This document shows, piece after piece, positions 1 through 7,838 of a stretch of 57,972 bases of DNA; position 1 is the first letter of the stretch, and every line of letters begins with the position of its first letter. The position numbers and the translations under genes are program-made. Origin of the DNA: Oligoflexia bacterium (GTDB lineage Bacteria; Bdellovibrionota; UBA1018; CAIPTA01); the NCBI GenBank assembly GCA_903867855.1, contig CAIPTA010000173.1, positions 1-57,972 of the forward strand, read 5' to 3'. Below the pieces are notes generated by a model. It worked only from the letters and a program-made list of their open reading frames with translations, was not told the origin of the DNA and searched no databases.

Positions 1-2
1 AG

Positions 3-341
3 ACAGTTGCCGGTGATATGACAGGTTATATACAAACAAATTTAATGGGAATAACTGATGGTCACATTCTTTTTGATAGCGAAATTTTCTATAATGGTAA
101 CCGTCCAGCAGTTAATATTCATCTTTCGGTTACTCGTGCTGGGAGGCAGGCTCAATCAAAAATAAATAGAGATATTAATCGAGAACTTACGTCCTTTTTA
201 ACTCTATATGAAAATATGGTAAATCTTTCTCATTTTGGATCAGAACTTACAGACAGTGTTGTCGCGATTCTCAGAAAAGGTGATATGCTTTTTACATTTT
301 TCAATCAACCTGAAATGGCAATTTTTGCGGAAGAAGAGTAG
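3..341 (+). CDS. atpA: F1 ATP synthase alpha subunit, C-terminal fragment (5' partial, ends at a probable contig junction)
   Basis: TVAGDMTGYIQTNLMGITDGHILFDSEIFYNGNRPAVNIHLSVTRAGRQAQ aligns with the AtpA motif [22 protein letters not shown]...G.RPA.N...SVSRVG..AQ. It ends earlier than a normal AtpA and is AT-rich relative to the rest of the window. Confidence 0.8.
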   Translation, partial: TVAGDMTGYIQTNLMGITDGHILFDSEIFYNGNRPAVNIHLSVTRAGRQAQSKINRDINRELTSFLTLYENMVNLSHFGSELTDSVVAILRKGDMLFTFFNQPEMAIFAEEE

Positions 342-430
342 ATGAGAGTAAATGCCTGGCTAGTGCTGGGAGCTATGGCCGCAAGAAGCGCGATGATTCC
401 TATGAATTTTACATTAAGTTGTTTGATCAC
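305..430 (-). CDS. N-terminus of a secreted protein, truncated at the probable junction (MIKQLNVKFIGIIALLAAIAPSTSQA|FTL...)
   Basis: GTG at 430 follows GGAGTGAAT directly after the stop of 440..1048. It encodes a textbook Sec signal peptide ending SQA-FTL, then runs into the AT-rich atpA segment and stops. Confidence 0.6.
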   Translation of the reverse strand: MIKQLNVKFIGIIALLAAIAPSTSQAFTLIYSSSAKIAISG

Positions 431-439
431 ATTCACTCC

Positions 440-1048
440 CTAAAAAAAACCAAAGCTGGCACTGGCTAATAAACTAACAGCCCGACGCTTGGAAAGTGCA
501 CCAGAAACAAGACCATCAAGATCGACGCGCAGACGACGAGCTACGACGCCCATACCGAGGTCAATAAAGTAAAAGTGCGCCGAAGCAGTGGAAGATGGCA
601 GCGCAAACACGGAAGTGGAACCGCCGTTACTTAAGGTGGCAGTGCCGCCGCTTCCTTTCACTGAGTAAAAGAGAACGCCGGGTCCGGCTCGGAGATCCAA
701 CATTTTAAATCGGCGGTTTAGTCGAAAGGCAATTGGTAGATAGTACGATTTTTCACCGCCATCATTGCTCTTGTGACCGAATAATGTGTAGGCAAGCAGG
801 GGAGAAAGACCAATATTTTTATAAAACTTAAATTGGCCAGTAACGGAGAGTGCAGCCATGGTTCCAGAGGTGAAGGAGGTGGAGCCATCGGATTTGCTGG
901 TATTGGTGAGGCGCCCGACGTAAGGGATATAGGCACCAGCCCCAAGATATAATTTGCTGGAATCGCTAGCCGCTGCATGGGCAGGATCTTGTAGGGAAAC
1001 TAAAAATAAAAAAATCGAAGCAAGCCAAAATTGCCAAGCGCGCATCAC
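440..1048 (-). CDS. Outer-membrane beta-barrel protein (OmpA/OmpW-like small barrel)
   Basis: Signal peptide, alternating amphipathic beta strands and a C-terminal aromatic residue (SFGFF). Confidence 0.7.
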   Translation of the reverse strand: MMRAWQFWLASIFLFLVSLQDPAHAAASDSSKLYLGAGAYIPYVGRLTNTSKSDGSTSFTSGTMAALSVTGQFKFYKNIGLSPLLAYTLFGHKSNDGGEKSYYLPIAFRLNRRFKMLDLRAGPGVLFYSVKGSGGTATLSNGGSTSVFALPSSTASAHFYFIDLGMGVVARRLRVDLDGLVSGALSKRRAVSLLASASFGFF

Positions 1049-1069
1049 AATAACCTCTTTCCCATTACG

Positions 1070-1894
1070 CTATTTCGAGGGAGAGGAACTGTCAAGCGAT
1101 TGAGCAGTTGCAGTTTCTATCCACTGCACAAATTGCCTGGGGTGCTGCACATACATGGCCTCAGCGTGATCACCATCGCTCATACTATCCCATGATTTAC
1201 TTCCAGCCATTGCCACATAAACTTCTCGGCTCAAGCTATTGAGCACAAGATGATCCGCAGCCCCTGAAAAAAATGCAGCGGGAACCATGATCTTTGGCGC
1301 GATGCTTTTGAGGTTCGGCTTCGGATCGAACAAAGATCCCCAGCGGAAAATCCAATCGGCGCCTGTTTTCAATTCTGGAGAATTTGGGTGGGTGAAAAAA
1401 TAGTAGGTATCCGAAAAGGGTCCACCCGTTGAGATGATATCTTCAATACTGGTTGGACAAGAAACGAGCAGAAGCTTCGAGATGAGTTCGGGCCACTCAT
1501 AAGCCGCTCGCACAGCGGAATAAGCGCCAAGGGAAAGACCCAATAAGTTAACTGTTTTGAATTTCGTTTCCGCCCAACGCAATATTGACTCAATGTCTAA
1601 AAACTCTTTGGCTCCGAATACATAAGTTCCGGAGGATTGACCCGTGCCACGGAAATCAAAGCAGAGCGCATTACTCGTTTTTTGAACCGCCCTACAAAGG
1701 CCACTCATCACAATGGTATCTTTATTCTGAGCAAAGCCTGGCGCTAGGATGAGCAGTTGATGGGAGAGTTTATTGGGGTAAAATGTGGCAGCGATATTCT
1801 GCCCATCGCTAGTGGTGAACCGCAAATCAATGGCGGAGAAACCTAGGCTTGGACATAGAAAGAAAAACAACGCTAGAAGGGTATGAAACCTCAT
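1070..1894 (-). CDS. Secreted alpha/beta hydrolase
   Basis: Signal peptide, APGF oxyanion loop, DFRGTGQS, nucleophile GLSLG, D(GAAD) and H(GDHA) catalytic positions. Confidence 0.85.
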   Translation of the reverse strand: MRFHTLLALFFFLCPSLGFSAIDLRFTTSDGQNIAATFYPNKLSHQLLILAPGFAQNKDTIVMSGLCRAVQKTSNALCFDFRGTGQSSGTYVFGAKEFLDIESILRWAETKFKTVNLLGLSLGAYSAVRAAYEWPELISKLLLVSCPTSIEDIISTGGPFSDTYYFFTHPNSPELKTGADWIFRWGSLFDPKPNLKSIAPKIMVPAAFFSGAADHLVLNSLSREVYVAMAGSKSWDSMSDGDHAEAMYVQHPRQFVQWIETATAQSLDSSSPSK

Positions 1895-1946
1895 AGCCTC
1901 GTATAATGATTGTGCCGCAAAAGTGCAATGGCAAAGCAGCCAAGAT

Positions 1947-2381
1947 CTATTTAGCCACTATAAGACGGGATGAAAGCCAATATAACATAGATAGAGAGCG
2001 CGCCGACCAGAACAGGGTGCGCGGCCAATTGGTTAAGACCAAACGATCCATCAGGCTTTGGTTGGCCGCAAAGGCGAGCCGGTTGTGGATCGGAACACTC
2101 AAAAATGCAGTACAAAGCCAAATGAAAAGGACGAGGACACTTTGAGAAAACCAAAATCGATTGCGTTCTGCGTATAGCAAGGTGGCGGAAGAGATGAGCT
2201 CCAATGTCATCGTAGGCATAACAATCATCGAAATTCGCAAACTATGGAAGGCGTGAAAGCTGGCAAATTTATCGGCTCCTACAAAGGAGAAGCTAGGATA
2301 GTGAAGGAGCTGAATCACCCAGATGAGGCCGGTTAGGAAGAAGCAGCAAAATAGATTGGCGATCCCTAGCCATTGAATCAT
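1947..2381 (-). CDS. Small four-TM membrane protein (DUF1772/DUF4149-like)
   Basis: Four hydrophobic helices with conserved-looking motifs GLIWVIQLLHYP and LVLTNWPRT. Confidence 0.65.
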   Translation of the reverse strand: MIQWLGIANLFCCFFLTGLIWVIQLLHYPSFSFVGADKFASFHAFHSLRISMIVMPTMTLELISSATLLYAERNRFWFSQSVLVLFIWLCTAFLSVPIHNRLAFAANQSLMDRLVLTNWPRTLFWSARSLSMLYWLSSRLIVAK

Positions 2382-2809
2382 TCAATGATCTCGAACTCAA
2401 AACTACAGGCTGTTTTCACAGAGTTGATCACAAAACCTGAATCAAAAGCCTTTTTGGCAAGTAGGGCGGCGCGATCCTTATTGCTAGGAGAAAAAATTTT
2501 CGCCCGTAAATGAAAGGCCTTCATCACAGGTTTCTTATTTTCATCTAAATCGACGATCAAATTAGAGCTGGTAGTAATTTTTTCGAAGTTCAATTTCGAG
2601 TGATGGGCAAAAACTTTAAAGCTAGCAATGAAACAATTTGTGAGCGCTTGGGCAAAAAGATCCTCCGGACTCAATCCACCGCCAGGCCCCTCAAATTCAG
2701 TGGGTACGGCGCAGACTAATTTCGCAGGACCAGATTGGCCTAACCAAGTGCTTGCCATTCCATTGGCTGTTTCTGCAGAAGCGGCAAACTCCAGTGGGTA
2801 ACGAATCAT
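2378..2809 (-). CDS. OsmC/Ohr family protein
   Basis: P.EFEGPGGGLSPEDLFAQALTNCF motif. The second Cys position reads FVINSVK (C.I.NS motif altered). Start taken at MIRYP, overlapping the upstream stop. Confidence 0.8.
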   Translation of the reverse strand: MIRYPLEFAASAETANGMASTWLGQSGPAKLVCAVPTEFEGPGGGLSPEDLFAQALTNCFIASFKVFAHHSKLNFEKITTSSNLIVDLDENKKPVMKAFHLRAKIFSPSNKDRAALLAKKAFDSGFVINSVKTACSFEFEIIE

Positions 2810-3210
2810 TGTTTCTCCTTCATTTCGCAATAAGGGCTTGCTTCGCAAGCGCGATTTTTTCTGGGCAACAGTGGACGAATCTTGGCAAATGCATGGTAGG
2901 CGATACTTAATATAAAATGGATAGGTCTAATTTCCGCTGTTCTTGCCATCCAAGTAAAGCTTGGTAGGTTCTTCCAGATTTCGATAAAGGCATCTAGCCC
3001 AAGTGCCATGCTTCCATTGGTTCGTTTTACATGCATCACTTTGTGCACCAGAACCGGATCCACTCCTTCCGCTTGGGGATGAAAGCTCGGTTCAGTGATA
3101 TCCTTAAAAAGAATTTTATCTGCGCCATTTTGGCGTTTGTAGTGCTCGATCTCTCTAGAGCAAAGTGGGCATAATCCATCAAAAAATACTGTTATTCCCA
3201 TATTGTTCAT
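2806..3210 (-). CDS. DCC1-like thiol-disulfide oxidoreductase (DUF393)
   Basis: VFFDGLCPLCSRE (DxxCxxC) and G.DAFIEIW motifs. Start at 3210 or 3201. Confidence 0.85.
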   Translation of the reverse strand: MNNMGITVFFDGLCPLCSREIEHYKRQNGADKILFKDITEPSFHPQAEGVDPVLVHKVMHVKRTNGSMALGLDAFIEIWKNLPSFTWMARTAEIRPIHFILSIAYHAFAKIRPLLPRKNRACEASPYCEMKEKQ

Positions 3211-3228
3211 AGTAGCATGAACAATATG
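3199..3228. promoter_or_regulatory. Perfect inverted repeat, putative operator of the adjacent GbsR/MarR regulator
   Basis: CATATTGTTCAT-agtagc-ATGAACAATATG: perfect 12-bp arms with a 6-bp spacer between divergent genes. Confidence 0.75.
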
Positions 3229-3705
3229 AAAAATCAAGAATCTATCAAGTTGAGGCGTTTGGCGAGTTCTGTGGGCGATTTTATTCGATATTGGGGCTTC
3301 CGTCGAATTCATGGGCAAATCTGGACGGTGCTCTACCTGGCCAAGCAGCCTATGAGCGGTACAGAGCTTACGAAGCTGCTCAAGGTATCGAAAGCTCTGG
3401 TGAGCCCAGCGCTGGGAGATTTAGAGGGCCATAAATTAATCATTCGAGTACCTGGCGATAAAAAGACAAAAAACTACATTGCGAACCCTGATGTTTTTAA
3501 TGTGATCAAAGAGGTTTTAAAAACTCGTGAGCAGGAGTTGCTCATGAAGGCCTCGAAAACTTTTCAAGATTTGCAAAAGGAACAGAATGCAGATTTGGAT
3601 CGTGCGCGCCTAGAATCCTTACAGGAAATGATCACTGCTGCATCCACCATGCTGAGTTGGCTCATCTCTAACACAGAGGAAGGTCAACTCGGTCTCACTC
3701 CGTGA
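3217..3705 (+). CDS. GbsR/MarR family transcriptional regulator
   Basis: VGDFIRYWGFRRIHGQIWTVLYL...SKALVSPALGDL is the GbsR-type wHTH signature. Start at 3217 or 3226. Confidence 0.85.
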   Translation: MNNMKNQESIKLRRLASSVGDFIRYWGFRRIHGQIWTVLYLAKQPMSGTELTKLLKVSKALVSPALGDLEGHKLIIRVPGDKKTKNYIANPDVFNVIKEVLKTREQELLMKASKTFQDLQKEQNADLDRARLESLQEMITAASTMLSWLISNTEEGQLGLTP

Positions 3706-5186
3706 ACGCAGTTCTCATTCTCGGAAATCAATTATTTGATCCTACTATCCTGAGCGAGCAGTTCGCGAAGCATGGTGATTTTATCGTTTTCATGCGGGAG
3801 GATCGAGAGCTGTGCACTTATTTCAAATTTCATAAGCAGAAAATTTTATTTTTTCTAGCAGCCATGCGGAGCTATCGTGAGGAATTAGAACGAAATAAGA
3901 TAGTGGTGGAGTACCAGGAGTTAGATAAAGATGAATTTTCCTTTGAAGAGGCTTTATCGCGATTTCTAAAATCCAAGAACATTAAAAAACTTTTTCTCTT
4001 CGAAATTGAAGATAAGTTCTTTGAGCGCAGAATAAAAACGGTAGCTAGCGATTCTGAGATTTTGCCATCACCGATGTTTTTAACTAGTCGCGAAGATTTT
4101 TCCGCCTACCTCAAAAAATCCAAACGCCCATTTATGAAAAGCTTCTACGAAGGACAACGCAAGCGCTTGCGTGTTCTTGTGGACTCCAAGCTAAACCCGC
4201 TTGGTGGCCAATGGAGTTTCGATGAAGAAAATCGCCTGCCTTTGCCAGCTAAAATTATTCCACCGCCTTTGCCCGTGCCTAAGGCTTCGAAGCTAGTTTT
4301 AGAGGTGAAGGAACTAGTAGAAAAGAATTTTTCTTCTCATCCAGGCAGCCTTGAGCACATATGGTTGCCGGTCACCAGAGAAGAAGCGCAGGCTTGGCTA
4401 AGCCAATTTTTGCGAGAGCGCTTAAGGGAGTTCGGTCCCTATGAAGATGCAATTCCAGCGCATTCCAATTTTCTATTTCATTCGGTGCTCACTCCCTTTT
4501 TGAATACTGGTTTGCTCACCCCCAAGGAAGTGGTGGACGAGGCGATTCACTTTGCGCGCAAATCCGAGCTACCACTCGCTTCCCTCGAGGGTTTTATTCG
4601 GCAGGTAATCGGATGGCGTGAGTTCGTGCGCGGAATATATCAAAACTTTAGCGAACGCCAAGATCGTGAAAATTTTTGGCAACATAAGGGAAAGCTGAAT
4701 TCGCTTTGGTATGATGGCAAAACGGGAATTCCTCCGCTGGATAATACCATTTCCAAAATCCATCGCTTCGGATTTGCTCACCACATCGAGCGATTGATGA
4801 TCGTGGGGAGTCTGATGCTTCTGCTGGAAGTAGATCCAAAGGAGGCGCATCGTTGGTTCATGGAGATGTTCGTGGATTCGTCGGATTGGGTGATGGGGCC
4901 GAATGTCTATGGGATGGCCCTTTTCAGCGATGGTGGAATTTTCGCCACGAAGCCTTATATCTGCGGATCAAATTACTATCGGAAAATGGGCGGCTATAAA
5001 ATGGCTGAGTGGTGCGATGGTGTGGATGGCCTTTATTGGTCGTTCATTGAAAAGCATAAAAGCTTTTTTCAGAAAAACCCTCGCCTATCAATGATGGCAA
5101 GATCCGTGGAGAAGCTAGATCCCCAGCGAAAACAGACAATCTACCATGCAGCAAATCGCCTTCGTGAACGCTTGGTACAGCCGTAG
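3702..5186 (+). CDS. Bacterial (6-4) photolyase/cryptochrome (PhrB/DPRP family), Fe-S cysteines missing
   Basis: ILGNQLF, FHKQKI, FGPYEDA, FIRQVIGWREF, AHHIERLM, DSSDWVMGPNV, KPY motifs. Confidence 0.92.
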   Translation: MNAVLILGNQLFDPTILSEQFAKHGDFIVFMREDRELCTYFKFHKQKILFFLAAMRSYREELERNKIVVEYQELDKDEFSFEEALSRFLKSKNIKKLFLFEIEDKFFERRIKTVASDSEILPSPMFLTSREDFSAYLKKSKRPFMKSFYEGQRKRLRVLVDSKLNPLGGQWSFDEENRLPLPAKIIPPPLPVPKASKLVLEVKELVEKNFSSHPGSLEHIWLPVTREEAQAWLSQFLRERLREFGPYEDAIPAHSNFLFHSVLTPFLNTGLLTPKEVVDEAIHFARKSELPLASLEGFIRQVIGWREFVRGIYQNFSERQDRENFWQHKGKLNSLWYDGKTGIPPLDNTISKIHRFGFAHHIERLMIVGSLMLLLEVDPKEAHRWFMEMFVDSSDWVMGPNVYGMALFSDGGIFATKPYICGSNYYRKMGGYKMAEWCDGVDGLYWSFIEKHKSFFQKNPRLSMMARSVEKLDPQRKQTIYHAANRLRERLVQP

Positions 5187-5189
5187 AAT

Positions 5190-5459
5190 TTACGCGTAAC
5201 GCTGGATGAGATGAAATCCGAATTGGGTACGCACGGGTTTGGAAACTTCGCCCACTTTCAGGGCAAAGGCGGCATCCTCAAAGCTTTGCACCATGCTGCC
5301 CTTACCAAACTCTCCTAAATCACCGCCATCACTTTTGGATGGGCAAAGCGAAAAGTCTTGGGCTAGCTCTTCAAAGGTTTTTCCAGCTGCTAGGCTTTTC
5401 AAAAGGTCGCTTGCTTCAAATTCTTGTTTTACTAAAATATGACGAGCTTTGATTTTCAT
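5190..5459 (-). CDS. ppiC: Parvulin peptidyl-prolyl isomerase
   Basis: ARHILVK, FEELAQDFSLCPS, GGDLGEF, PVRTQFGFHLI. Confidence 0.92.
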   Translation of the reverse strand: MKIKARHILVKQEFEASDLLKSLAAGKTFEELAQDFSLCPSKSDGGDLGEFGKGSMVQSFEDAAFALKVGEVSKPVRTQFGFHLIQRYA

Positions 5460-5470
5460 AGTTCCTTTGT

Positions 5471-6859
5471 TTACTGCAAAATATCAGAAACGTCTATGCA
5501 AAGATCTTGGGAGCTAATTCTTGCGAGATCCAGAGTGAGCAGGCGATTAGATAGATCATGCTCGTGGTCGGAGGCGTATTTCATGCCTAGCGCAAGGCCA
5601 AGCAAACCACCCGTTACTGCTTCGGAGTAGCCATTGGCTTGGAGCCCGAAAATGGAGTATTTGCTGTCGGCTAGTTGGCCGAACAGTGTATAGATTATTC
5701 CAGCGGGCAGGCCGGCAACGCTACATTTCGCGTCAGCACAGGTGAGGCCGAAATAGAGTGCATTACTCGCCGCTCCCGAGAGGATGGTTTTAGAAATGCT
5801 ATTTTTCATGGTTCCGCCCGCCACGTAACCATTTGTCACATAGATCGTTTGAGCTAAGTCTGATCTGGCTGCATCCCAAGCAAATTGACTCCAGTCGATC
5901 GGCTCGCCTGTTACAATTGGCCTGATGCTCGCAGAAATGAGGGAATTGAGGAAGCGAGTGCTTTGAGTGCTTCCAGTTGGGAGGATCTGGCCTCCCCTGA
6001 AATAGTTTCCCGCAGCGCCCAATGCAACGGCCATTGCAATTCTTGCCACTTCTTGTTTTCGATAGTCTTCTAGCCTAGCGGCGGTGAATTCATCACAATT
6101 GGCGGACAATTTTCCACCCTGGCTATTCGCGAGCTCGAAACTAGAGCAGCTGTTGGCCTGATTGAGCACGCTGATTATTTTTCGTTTTTGTGCGTCACTC
6201 AGCTCTGCTTTTACATAACTATACTCGGATGTCTTGGTGGCACCCGCAGCGTTAAGCTTCGGTACACGAAGTCTAATTTGCTTTTGCACATCACTGAAAG
6301 ATTTTCTGGAAGCAAAGAGCGGATCGCTTTTTGCTTTTTCGGCAAATACTGCCTTGGCGCATTCCGCAATTAGTTTTTGCGTGGTGTCTATCTGGGCAAT
6401 ATCGAAGTTACTGCCATTCTTTTGATCCACATAGGCAGCTTCAGTACTTTCCACTTTGACGATGGTATCGGGGATAAGAGCTCTCTCGGTTAGAGAGTCT
6501 CTGGCGCTCACATCAACTAGCGAATAGTTTGTGCTTGGTGCGAAGTGTAGAGTGGGTTGAACATTTTGAGAAAGAGTTGGCCCGTAAATATTTTCTACAT
6601 GGCAGCTTGGTTGGAACTGATTACTATTTTGCTCATACAGACTCTGCACATTGCGGCTAATATTGAGCAAAAGGTCTTGATCATCCAAATCAGACTTAAA
6701 GTAGGTGCCGCCGCACTGAGCGCTAGCAATGATCCTTTGCTCCCTTCCCTCAGACCATTTCCAAAGCTGGGAAGCATTTCTGCAAGCACTCTCTTGAGCT
6801 AAGGCATTGAAGCTATGGAAGAGAGAAAGTATGGAAATTAGGGTAAAAAAAATTCGCAT
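5471..6859 (-). CDS. Secreted hypothetical protein with a Gly/Ala-rich hydrophobic C-terminal half
   Basis: 462-aa ORF with a signal peptide ending ALA and several paired Cys. No family recognised. Confidence 0.7.
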   Translation of the reverse strand: MRIFFTLISILSLFHSFNALAQESACRNASQLWKWSEGREQRIIASAQCGGTYFKSDLDDQDLLLNISRNVQSLYEQNSNQFQPSCHVENIYGPTLSQNVQPTLHFAPSTNYSLVDVSARDSLTERALIPDTIVKVESTEAAYVDQKNGSNFDIAQIDTTQKLIAECAKAVFAEKAKSDPLFASRKSFSDVQKQIRLRVPKLNAAGATKTSEYSYVKAELSDAQKRKIISVLNQANSCSSFELANSQGGKLSANCDEFTAARLEDYRKQEVARIAMAVALGAAGNYFRGGQILPTGSTQSTRFLNSLISASIRPIVTGEPIDWSQFAWDAARSDLAQTIYVTNGYVAGGTMKNSISKTILSGAASNALYFGLTCADAKCSVAGLPAGIIYTLFGQLADSKYSIFGLQANGYSEAVTGGLLGLALGMKYASDHEHDLSNRLLTLDLARISSQDLCIDVSDILQ

Positions 6860-6874
6860 AAAGCTCCAATTTTT

Positions 6875-6902
6875 ATATCGGCGCCTTATGCGAAAAACTT
6901 TA
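6875..6902 (-). promoter_or_regulatory. Sigma28 (FliA)-type promoter
   Basis: Minus strand TAAAGTTT-N12-GCCGATAT, 15 nt upstream of the ATG at 6859. Consensus is TAAAGTTT-N11-GCCGATAA. Confidence 0.75.
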
Positions 6903-6912
6903 GTAGTTGTAA

Positions 6913-7671
6913 CTACTTCTGGGCTGAATCAGCATGAAATCGATCTAGGAAGGTGATTACGCGATTCACCGACTGGCCACCCATAGAACGCACATGGAGA
7001 AGCGTGTCGCCAGCTGGGAAGTTATTGATCGTAACTGTTTTAGAAAACGGTAGCGGAGTGAGCGCACAGCCTCTGCCTGTGGCAAGCTCTGCTCTTGGAA
7101 GCACCTCTACCACATTGTTGGCGCGAACATTTACTTGCACGTCTTCCAGGCTCAAACAGCTATTGCTCAAAGTTCCAATGAGAGTAATGGTGGCCTGATT
7201 GGCGCTTGCGCCTGGCTTGAATTGCACTTCACTCACGGGCGCATATAATTCGCCGTCTGGGCTATAGCGAGAAGGCTTGCTGGAAACCACTGGGATGATT
7301 GCGCGCTTGGTGAAGCCGCCTTTTCCATCAGAAAGCATCACTTGATAATTGCCTTGAGGCAGGATCCCGATATTCACAATATTTGTGTAGGGAATATAGA
7401 GCATTGCGCTCACGCAATTATCCATGGAGTTGATACGATTTTCGATATAGATCGTGCGAGTGTTTAGATCAACGCGTGGGATGCTTGGTGCTGGTTTGAA
7501 GCAGAAATTGCTGAACACTCCAGAAACTGCCACCAACACATCATCGTTATCATCAAAGCCTTGCGGACTAAAAACTCCCTTTGGAGCTTGAGTGAAGTTT
7601 GTTACGGTCGCAGCAGATGCTCCTTGAGCAACGAACAGACTGAGAGCGAAAATCGAAAGTAGCTTTTTCAT
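6913..7671 (-). CDS. Secreted protein with two tandem disulfide-containing beta-sandwich-like domains
   Basis: Signal peptide (ASA). Two similar halves each contain G.(F/L)SN.C...C...P(Y/F)...V.I...P.G. Confidence 0.7.
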   Translation of the reverse strand: MKKLLSIFALSLFVAQGASAATVTNFTQAPKGVFSPQGFDDNDDVLVAVSGVFSNFCFKPAPSIPRVDLNTRTIYIENRINSMDNCVSAMLYIPYTNIVNIGILPQGNYQVMLSDGKGGFTKRAIIPVVSSKPSRYSPDGELYAPVSEVQFKPGASANQATITLIGTLSNSCLSLEDVQVNVRANNVVEVLPRAELATGRGCALTPLPFSKTVTINNFPAGDTLLHVRSMGGQSVNRVITFLDRFHADSAQK

Positions 7672-7713
7672 ATGGAATCCCCCTGGATGATTTTTCTAAA
7701 CAGAAGCCCTGAG

Positions 7714-7729
7714 AGCAATTCCTGTGCCA
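7714..7729 (-). promoter_or_regulatory. Sigma54 -24/-12 promoter
   Basis: Minus strand TGGCACAGGAATTGCT, with exact GG-N10-GC spacing, about 40 nt upstream of the ATG at 7671. Confidence 0.75.
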
Positions 7730-7838
7730 GTGTAATTAAAGCCCAAGACCTTCTGTTGACGCTTTTGCCAGCACTCTGCAGACGATATGTCTCAGTCTTT
7801 GAGACTTTTCGGCCCGCCTGCGGTACTCTTCTCGCGCC

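Noticed and set aside
339-443. TAG read-through or alternative genetic code extending atpA (EEE*M could be EEEQM)
   Set aside because: The downstream sequence is better explained as the signal-peptide gene on the minus strand, and TAG is used as a normal stop throughout the window.
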